Source: Salinicola corii
GTDB taxonomy: Bacteria > Pseudomonadota > Gammaproteobacteria > Pseudomonadales > Halomonadaceae
NCBI RefSeq assembly: GCF_008298015.1
Contig: NZ_VTPX01000003.1
Span: forward strand, 36,290-68,289
Length of the DNA stretch: 32,000 bases
Direction of reading: 5' to 3'
The position numbers were made by a program, and so were the translations under genes. The notes below the pieces were generated by a model that worked only from the letters and a program-made list of their open reading frames with translations, did not search any database and was not told the origin of the DNA. Shown one piece after another: positions 25,780 to 32,000 of this stretch (position 1 is its first letter; the number at the start of each line of letters is the position of its first letter).

Positions 25780-27294
25780 ATGACATCAACCATGACTGAG
25801 AGGCACCGAGATCTTGATTTCGATCTGGTCGTTCGCAATGGAAAAGTGGCGACGGCGAGCGATACCTATCGGGCGGATATTGGCATTATCGATGGGCGCA
25901 TCGCTGCCATCGCCAATGGACTGCCGACGGGGAAGCGTGACATCGATGCGGGAGGGCGCTGGGTGATGCCCGGTGGCGTCGATAGCCACTGTCACGTCGA
26001 GCAGCTTTCGGGGATGGGCCTGATGTGTGCCGACGATTTCTACTCGGCAACAGTCTCGGCCGCGTTCGGTGGCAACACCACTATCATGCCCTTCGCGGCG
26101 CAGCATCGTGAGGATCGCGTGCGTGACGTTCTTGAGGACTATCACGCGCGTGCGGTGGAGAAGTCGGTCATCGACTACGCCTTTCACGTGATCGTCACCA
26201 ATCTAGACGAGCAAACCCTGAACGAAGATCTGCCACAGGCTATCCGTCAGGGCATTACCTCGCTCAAGGTTTTCATGACTTATGAGCGCATGAAGCTCGA
26301 CGATTATCAGATTCTCGACACGCTGGCGCTTGCCGATCGCGAAGGCGCGTTGGTGATGGTTCACGCGGAGAACAATGATGTCATCCGCTGGCTGGGGGAT
26401 CGCCTGACCGAACGCGGCTTGCAGGCGCCCAAGTACCATGCGATCGCCCACTGCGGGCTCGCCGAGACCGAGGCCACCCATCGTGTGGTCACGTTGTCGC
26501 GGATATTGGAGACTCCCATCCTGATCGTGCATGTCTCCGAGGCCGAAACCCTCGACTGCATTCGTCAGGCTCAGCAGAAGGGAGCGGCCCTCTACGCCGA
26601 AACCTGCCCTCAGTACCTTTTCCTGACTGCCGCCGATATCGACAAGCCAGGTGTCGAGGGCGCCAAGTTCTGCTGCAGCCCGCCGCCGCGAGACGAACGC
26701 TGCCAGGGCGCCATGTGGCAAGGACTCATGGAGGGCTCACTGAGCCTCTATTCTTCGGACCACGCGCCATATCGATGGGACGAGACGGGTAAGTTGCCGA
26801 AGGGTGAAAAGACCGGGTTCCGCGAAATGGCGAACGGTCTGCCGGGCCTAGAAGTGCGAATGCCCTTGCTGTTCAGCGAGGGATACCGCAAAGGCCGCCT
26901 GACCATCAATGAATTCGTTGCGCTGACTTCAACCAACCATGCCCGAACCTATGGGCTCTATCCGCGCAAGGGCACCATCGCTGTTGGGTCGGATGCGGAC
27001 CTCGTCATCTGGGACGAGGCGCGAGAAGTCACCATTACCAACGATCTTCTTCATGACAACGTCGACTACACCCCCTATGAGGGCATGAAAGTGACTGGCT
27101 GGGCAGACACCGTGATCAATCGAGGACGCGTCGTTGTCGAGAATGGAGAACTCAAGGTCGACCGTGGAACGGGCGAGTTCTTGCCCTGCGGTCTCCCCGA
27201 ACCGGTGGCCAAGGCTCGTGCCAATCGCGAACCCGATACGCTGATTCGCAAGCTGGTGGGGCTATCGTCGGGTGCGCAGAATCATGATGCATGA
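25780..27294 (+). CDS. D-hydantoinase / dihydropyrimidinase
   Basis: Colinear by eye with Agrobacterium-type D-hydantoinases: GGVDSHCHVE (HxH), ITSLKVFMTY (carboxylated Lys context), VMVHAENND, LYSSDHAPY, GTIAVGSDADLVIWD. Start chosen at ATG 25780 (GGAG 5 nt upstream). In-frame alternatives at 25765, 25792 and 25732. Confidence 0.9.
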   Translation: MTSTMTERHRDLDFDLVVRNGKVATASDTYRADIGIIDGRIAAIANGLPTGKRDIDAGGRWVMPGGVDSHCHVEQLSGMGLMCADDFYSATVSAAFGGNTTIMPFAAQHREDRVRDVLEDYHARAVEKSVIDYAFHVIVTNLDEQTLNEDLPQAIRQGITSLKVFMTYERMKLDDYQILDTLALADREGALVMVHAENNDVIRWLGDRLTERGLQAPKYHAIAHCGLAETEATHRVVTLSRILETPILIVHVSEAETLDCIRQAQQKGAALYAETCPQYLFLTAADIDKPGVEGAKFCCSPPPRDERCQGAMWQGLMEGSLSLYSSDHAPYRWDETGKLPKGEKTGFREMANGLPGLEVRMPLLFSEGYRKGRLTINEFVALTSTNHARTYGLYPRKGTIAVGSDADLVIWDEAREVTITNDLLHDNVDYTPYEGMKVTGWADTVINRGRVVVENGELKVDRGTGEFLPCGLPEPVAKARANREPDTLIRKLVGLSSGAQNHDA

Positions 27295-28072
27295 ATCGAT
27301 GTCATCGCTCTCGGCGGCTAGCACCGTGGGTACGAGCAACCCGTTTCCGATACTGGAGCTCATTGGTCTGCGCAAGGTGTTTGGACAGCAAGTCGTGCTG
27401 GAGAGTATCGATCTTAAAGTTCGTCCGGGCGAACTCGTGTGCGTGATCGGTCCCTCCGGCTCTGGGAAAAGCACCATGCTGCGGTGCTGCAATCGGCTGG
27501 AAGAACCCAGCGGCGGTCAGGTGATCGTCGACGGTACCGATCTGATGGATCGTCGGACATCAATCGATCGAATGCGTCAAAAAATCGGCATGGTTTTCCA
27601 GCAATTCAATCTCTATCCGCACTACAGCGCGCTCGGTAACGTGGCGTTGGCGCTGCGGCTGGTCAAGAAAATGTCCCGTGCCCAGGCCGAACTAACGGCG
27701 CTCGATGCGCTGAATCGCGTAGGGCTGGGGGAGCGTGCCGGTCACTATCCGCATCAGCTTTCCGGCGGCCAGCAGCAACGTGTCGGCATTGCCAGGGCGA
27801 TAGCGTTGGGTCCTAAGATCGTGCTGTTCGACGAACCGACCAGTGCGCTGGATCCTGAGCTGGTGGGTAGCGTGCTCGAGGTGATGCGGAAATTGCGACA
27901 GATCGGTATGACGATGCTGGTCGTGACCCACGAGATGGCCTTCGCCAGGGCGGTAGCAGACCGAGTGGTTTTCATGGCCGATGGACACATCGTCGAGCAG
28001 GGGCCCCCCGAACAAATTTTTCAGTCTCCCATCCAGGAGCGAACCCGGGCGTTCGTCGAGCAGCGCCATTAA
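27284..28072 (+). CDS. Polar amino acid-type ABC transporter ATP-binding protein
   Basis: Walker A GPSGSGKST, signature LSGGQQQRV, Walker B IVLFDEPTSALD, H-loop VTHEM. The start is ambiguous (GTG 27272, ATG 27284/27287/27299). All but 27299 overlap the hydantoinase stop (27292-27294). Confidence 0.88.
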   Translation: MMHESMSSLSAASTVGTSNPFPILELIGLRKVFGQQVVLESIDLKVRPGELVCVIGPSGSGKSTMLRCCNRLEEPSGGQVIVDGTDLMDRRTSIDRMRQKIGMVFQQFNLYPHYSALGNVALALRLVKKMSRAQAELTALDALNRVGLGERAGHYPHQLSGGQQQRVGIARAIALGPKIVLFDEPTSALDPELVGSVLEVMRKLRQIGMTMLVVTHEMAFARAVADRVVFMADGHIVEQGPPEQIFQSPIQERTRAFVEQRH

Positions 28073-28250
28073 CAGTAATCGGCTCGCAGAGGGAATCTTG
28101 CCTGTTCACGTGGCGGGCGATGCTCGCCCGATGACACCGCATGCAAGCACCCGGCGCGCGGGTTTGCGATATCGACAATACAGTGGGTGTGTCACGGCAA
28201 GTCGCCCTCGTTCAAATCTTTCCGACAACGATAAAACAGGAATAACAACC

Positions 28251-29126
28251 ATGTCCTATTGGCGTTTTCTTCAGGATTCGACGCGTATCGCGCGATATGC
28301 GACGGTCGGCTGTCTGACTCTGGGTTTCGGCCTCTCGGCGGCGCAGGCAAGCACGCCGGACAGTTACCGCGTCGCTCTCGACGGCACGTTCGCGCCTCAC
28401 GCCATGCCGACGATGGAGGGGGGCGTTCAGGGATTCAACGTCGACTTGGCCAATGCCCTCGGTGAGCAGATGGGGATGGACATGGAGATCACCTCCACGC
28501 AGTTCTCCGGTTTGATCCCTGGGCTACAGGCAGGGACCTACGATTTTCTCATGGCACCGACAACAGTGACCGAACAGCGGGCCGAAAACCTCCTGTTCTC
28601 AGAAGGTTATCTCGACACTGATTTCCAATTCGTGGTCAAGAAGGGCGGGCCCAACATTACCGACCTGCATCAGCTCGAGGGAAAAGTCATCGCCGTCAAC
28701 AAAGGATCGGCCTACGACAGTTGGGCTCGCGAGCACGCGCAGGAGTACGGCTGGCGGGTGGAGGCCTACGGCACCAACAGTGATGCCATTCAGGCCGTCA
28801 TGAGTGGCCGCGCCACGGCGAACGTCGCCGGCAATACGGTTTCCGCTTATGCCGTGAGCAAAAATCCAGCCATAGAACTCTCCTATCTCGTGGATACAGG
28901 GCTCGTCTGGGCCATTCCATTTCGCAAGGATGACACCGAGAACCGGGATCGTGTCGAGCGCGCACTGGAGTGTCTGAAGACGAACGGCGTTATGGCCGAA
29001 CTCTCACAGAAGTGGTTCGGTTTCGAGCCTGCCGAGGGGGCGACGGTCGTTACGCCGATAGCCGGTTTCGGCCAGCCCGGTTTCACGGGATACGTCGAGG
29101 ACGATCACGCTTTCTCCTGTGATTGA
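28251..29126 (+). CDS. ABC transporter substrate-binding protein (family 3, polar amino acid-type)
   Basis: ATG at 28251 follows ACAGGAA. The signal peptide is ARYATVGCLTLGFGLSAAQAS. The body matches the SBP_bac_3 pattern (GFNVDLANALG, FDFLMAPTTVTEQR, VNKGSAYD). The ORF-track start at 27981 is an upstream read-through overlapping the ATPase gene. Confidence 0.85.
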   Translation: MSYWRFLQDSTRIARYATVGCLTLGFGLSAAQASTPDSYRVALDGTFAPHAMPTMEGGVQGFNVDLANALGEQMGMDMEITSTQFSGLIPGLQAGTYDFLMAPTTVTEQRAENLLFSEGYLDTDFQFVVKKGGPNITDLHQLEGKVIAVNKGSAYDSWAREHAQEYGWRVEAYGTNSDAIQAVMSGRATANVAGNTVSAYAVSKNPAIELSYLVDTGLVWAIPFRKDDTENRDRVERALECLKTNGVMAELSQKWFGFEPAEGATVVTPIAGFGQPGFTGYVEDDHAFSCD

Positions 29127-29231
29127 GTGCCTTGCGTGAGTTTTTCGGAGAAGGCCAAGCGCTGAATTCGAACCGCCGGCCGCCAGCGGGTAGCGGTGGT
29201 GGGGTGATCAGCGCTTCATGGGAGAGAGCTC

Positions 29232-29915
29232 ATGGGTGGAGTACAGCAATTTTCGCAGGTGTTCCTCGACCCTGCGATCATCAACCAGTATTGGCCGGCC
29301 ATCGCCGGGGGCCTACGGGTGACGTTGGGGCTAGCGGCCGCGATCGTCGTGGTCGGCATCAGCGCCGGGCTGTTGCTCGCGTGTCTGCGCTGTGCCGGAA
29401 TCCGGTCCTTGAATGCGTTAATTATCGCTTTCGCCGACATCTGGAGAGCCTTGCCGCCGCTGGTCGTCATTCTGATCTTCTATTTTGGCCTGCCAGGCAT
29501 CGGTATTACCTTTTCGGCTTGGATGGTCCTGTTTCTCACGCTGAGCCTGGTCTTGGCAGCCTTCTCCGAGGAGATTTTCTGGGCAGGTATTCGTGCCGTG
29601 GATCGCGGTCAATGGGAAGCGGCGAGTGCCAGTGGAATGCGTGCTATCACGGTACTGATCTGGATCGTACTCCCCCAGGCCATGCGAATGTCAATGCCGT
29701 CATTGACCAACCGCGCCATCGCCATCACCAAGATGACCGCGCTCGGCACGGTCATCGGTGTTCCCGAGATACTGTATCAAGCATCTAGCGCGCAATCGTT
29801 CTCCGGTAGCGCCACGCCATTGACGATGGGAGCGCTGGCCTATGTTGCGCTGTTCCTGCCGTTCGTGATTTTGGGGCGCTGGCTAGAATCGAGAATGAAT
29901 TGGCGGAGACACTGA
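29232..29915 (+). CDS. Amino acid ABC transporter permease (His/Glu/Gln/Arg/opine family)
   Basis: 227 aa, multi-helix membrane protein with an EAA-like loop (FSEEIFWAGIRAVDRGQWEAASASGM). GGAGAG lies 5 nt upstream of the ATG. Confidence 0.88.
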   Translation: MGGVQQFSQVFLDPAIINQYWPAIAGGLRVTLGLAAAIVVVGISAGLLLACLRCAGIRSLNALIIAFADIWRALPPLVVILIFYFGLPGIGITFSAWMVLFLTLSLVLAAFSEEIFWAGIRAVDRGQWEAASASGMRAITVLIWIVLPQAMRMSMPSLTNRAIAITKMTALGTVIGVPEILYQASSAQSFSGSATPLTMGALAYVALFLPFVILGRWLESRMNWRRH

Positions 29916-29916
29916 G

Positions 29917-30582
29917 ATGGATAATTTCGTTGACCAATTCTTCAATCTCGATTTGATGTGGCAGTCACTGCCTCTGCTCATGAAAGGGCTTGGGGTCACA
30001 CTACAGATCTGTGTCGTCGTGATCGTGCTGGGCGGGCTGGGTGGGTTGTTGCTGGCGGTCGCCAGTGACAGTCGGCGTCTCTGGCTGCGCTGGCCGACGA
30101 TCGTCTATGTCGATTTCTTCCGTGCGGTCCCCCCTCTGGTGCTGCTGATATTCGTCTATTCGGGTATGCCGTTCGCGGGGGTGAATCTCTCACCCTATGC
30201 GGCTGTGATACTGGCCTTTCTTCTCAATAATTCCGCTTATTACAGCGAAGTCTACAGAGCGGGACTGCAGTCCATACCGCCGGGTCAAATCGAGGCATCC
30301 CGCTCAACGGGAATGAGTCGACTGCAGACCATGACCTGGGTGGTGATGCCGCAAGCGGTGCGTAACGTACTACCGGATCTTCTCTCGAATACGGTGGAGG
30401 TGGTCAAGCTGACATCGCTGGCCAGTGTCGCTTCACTCGGCGACTTACTCTATCGAGCGGATATGACACGCTCCATGAGTTACAACTCCTCTCCGATCGT
30501 GCTAGCAGCACTGATCTATCTGATACTCCTGTGGCCTCTGGTCCGTATGGTGAGCCGATTCGAACGTAAGCAGAGCCAGTGA
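29917..30582 (+). CDS. Amino acid ABC transporter permease (second subunit)
   Basis: 221 aa. Starts 1 nt after the preceding stop. EAA-like loop (YYSEVYRAGLQSIPPGQIEASRSTGM). Confidence 0.88.
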   Translation: MDNFVDQFFNLDLMWQSLPLLMKGLGVTLQICVVVIVLGGLGGLLLAVASDSRRLWLRWPTIVYVDFFRAVPPLVLLIFVYSGMPFAGVNLSPYAAVILAFLLNNSAYYSEVYRAGLQSIPPGQIEASRSTGMSRLQTMTWVVMPQAVRNVLPDLLSNTVEVVKLTSLASVASLGDLLYRADMTRSMSYNSSPIVLAALIYLILLWPLVRMVSRFERKQSQ

Positions 30583-30678
30583 GCGATCTGGCCGTAGTGC
30601 CATTGCTCGTCGTGGCCATGGCGGGGAGTGGGGCGGCGTCCGTCCCACAACGATCGTGATAAAGGCAAGGAAACAGTG

Positions 30679-31599
30679 ATGCGTAAATGGGTAATTGGTG
30701 GCGCTCAAATGGGAGCGATTCAGAAGAACGATAGCCGCGAGCGTGTCGTCGAACGTATGGTGTCGCTGCTTGACCAGGCCGTGAAGGAGGGATGCGATCT
30801 CGTCGTCTTTCCGGAACTGGCGCTCACGACATTCTTCCCGCGCTGGTACATGGAAGATCAGGCCGAGGTCGACACCTGGTTCGAGCGAGAGATGCCGAAC
30901 GCCGCCACGCAACCGTTGTTCGACCGCGCTCGAGAGCACCGTATCGCTATCTCGTTCGGCTATGCCGAGCTGACACCGGAAGGGCGCCATTTCAATACTT
31001 CCATCTTAACCAACCGTCAGGGCGAGATCGTCGGCAAGTATCGCAAGGTGCATCTGCCTGGGCACGTCGAGTACGACACCGAGCGGGACTTCCAGCATCT
31101 CGAGAAGCGCTATTTCGAACCCGGTGACCTGGGCTTCGAGACCTTCGACAACGAAGGCACGCTGATGGGCATGTGCATCTGTAACGATCGCCGCTGGCCG
31201 GAAACCTGGCGCGTCATGGGATTGCAGGGGGTCGAGCTGGTGATGCTCGGCTACAACACGCCGTCGGTGAACTCCCAGAACCGAGGGGAGGGACTGGCGC
31301 AGCGCCTCTACCACTCCGAGCTCTCCGTCACGGCGGGGGCCTACCAGAATGCGACCTGGGCGGTGGCGGTGGCCAAGGCGGGCGTCGAGGATGGTTTTCC
31401 GCTGATGGGCGGTACGATCATCGTCGACCCGGATGGCTTCGTCGTCGCGCGTACCCAGGGGGAGGGTGATGAACTGATCACCGCGGGATGCGATATGGAG
31501 CGCTGTCAGTTCGGCAAGAAGACCATCTTCGATTTTGCGCGTCATCGTCGCATCGAACATTACGGGCGAATTACCTCGCAGACGGGCGTCGAGCGCTAG
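30679..31599 (+). CDS. N-carbamoyl-D-amino-acid hydrolase (D-carbamoylase, nitrilase superfamily)
   Basis: ATG at 30679 after AAGGAAAC. Colinear by eye with Agrobacterium D-carbamoylase, including the Glu-Lys-Cys triad contexts FPELALTTFFPRW, YRKVHLPGH and MCICNDRRWPE. Confidence 0.9.
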   Translation: MRKWVIGGAQMGAIQKNDSRERVVERMVSLLDQAVKEGCDLVVFPELALTTFFPRWYMEDQAEVDTWFEREMPNAATQPLFDRAREHRIAISFGYAELTPEGRHFNTSILTNRQGEIVGKYRKVHLPGHVEYDTERDFQHLEKRYFEPGDLGFETFDNEGTLMGMCICNDRRWPETWRVMGLQGVELVMLGYNTPSVNSQNRGEGLAQRLYHSELSVTAGAYQNATWAVAVAKAGVEDGFPLMGGTIIVDPDGFVVARTQGEGDELITAGCDMERCQFGKKTIFDFARHRRIEHYGRITSQTGVER

Positions 31600-31663
31600 C
31601 GGTTGCCGCGATGAAGGCCGCTTTCCCGAGAACGACAATAACGGCAATCGCCGAGGTGCGGAC

Positions 31664-32000
31664 ATGATCGAGCGCTACGACACCCTGCTGCGCAATGGCA
31701 CCGTCGTCGACCCCGCCAACGGGGTGCACGAGATCCGGGACATTGCGCTACGCGACGGAAAAATCGTCGAGGTGGCGTCGTCCATTGCCGGTGGGGCAAG
31801 ACGCGAGCACGATCTGACGGGGTTGCTGGTCATGCCGGGTATCGTCGACATGCACGTGCATCTCTCGCCCTTTCTGGGTGGAGGATGCGGTCATCGCATG
31901 CTGGCGCTGGCGGGCGTGACCACGGCGCTGGATATGGCCGGGCCCATCGAGGGCGTCGTCGATCTGGCGGTCCGTCACGGTTGCGGGCTGAGCATCGCCT
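31664..32000 (+). CDS. Amidohydrolase-superfamily metallohydrolase (N-terminal part; continues beyond the window)
   Basis: Not in the ORF track because it runs off the end. ATG at 31664 after GAGGTG. Translation: MIERYDTLLRNGTVVDPANGVHEIRDIALRDGKIVEV...LVMPGIVDMHVHL, with the HxH metal motif typical of the dihydroorotase/deacetylase-like amidohydrolase N-terminus. Confidence 0.7.
   Translation, partial: MIERYDTLLRNGTVVDPANGVHEIRDIALRDGKIVEVASSIAGGARREHDLTGLLVMPGIVDMHVHLSPFLGGGCGHRMLALAGVTTALDMAGPIEGVVDLAVRHGCGLSIA

Noticed and set aside
25700-25780. Possible sigma54 (-24/-12) promoter around GGCCCTTGCAGC upstream of the hydantoinase gene, and the TTG 25732 start.
   Set aside because: GG and GC are separated by 8 nt, not the required 10. 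TTG 25732 has no RBS, whereas ATG 25780 does.
27981-28250. 90-codon upstream extension of the binding-protein ORF.
   Set aside because: It overlaps the ATPase gene's 3' end and has no signal peptide at its own N-terminus. A proper RBS plus signal peptide begins at 28251.

Overview
High-GC bacterial chromosomal segment of gammaproteobacterial type; Halomonas-like is only a guess from the TRAP, ligB and prc context. Left to right:
(1) The 3' end of a TRAP permease gene plus its DctP-type binding protein.
(2) Two tandem YefM/YoeB-family toxin-antitoxin modules in an AT-richer patch, each preceded by GTAC-core palindromes.
(3) The standout: a 14.6-kb minus-strand operon of six tightly or translationally coupled genes (17648 down to 3061). 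Order is kpsC-like, kpsS-like, SDR reductase, LtaS/OpgB-type membrane phosphotransferase, a 2530-aa FAS-like fully reducing type I PKS (KS-AT-DH-degenerate MT/psiKR-ER-KR-ACP, no release domain), then an alpha-oxoamine synthase. PKS + AOS + reductase is sphingoid-base logic. Its fusion to capsule-linker beta-Kdo transferases, with no capsule export genes in the window, is a combination I cannot assign to any described pathway. It is a candidate new Kdo-glycolipid or aminolipid system.
(4) A transposase (rve-type) C-terminal remnant.
(5) Core genes ligB, prc and an M18 aminopeptidase.
(6) A hydantoin-utilisation locus: hydantoin racemase, divergent LysR regulator with three TAAC-N5-GTTA boxes, D-hydantoinase, a four-gene polar-amino-acid-type ABC importer, N-carbamoyl-D-amino-acid hydrolase, and the start of another amidohydrolase.
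I saw no rRNA, tRNA or CRISPR array. All family assignments come from motif recognition by eye; no database search was run.
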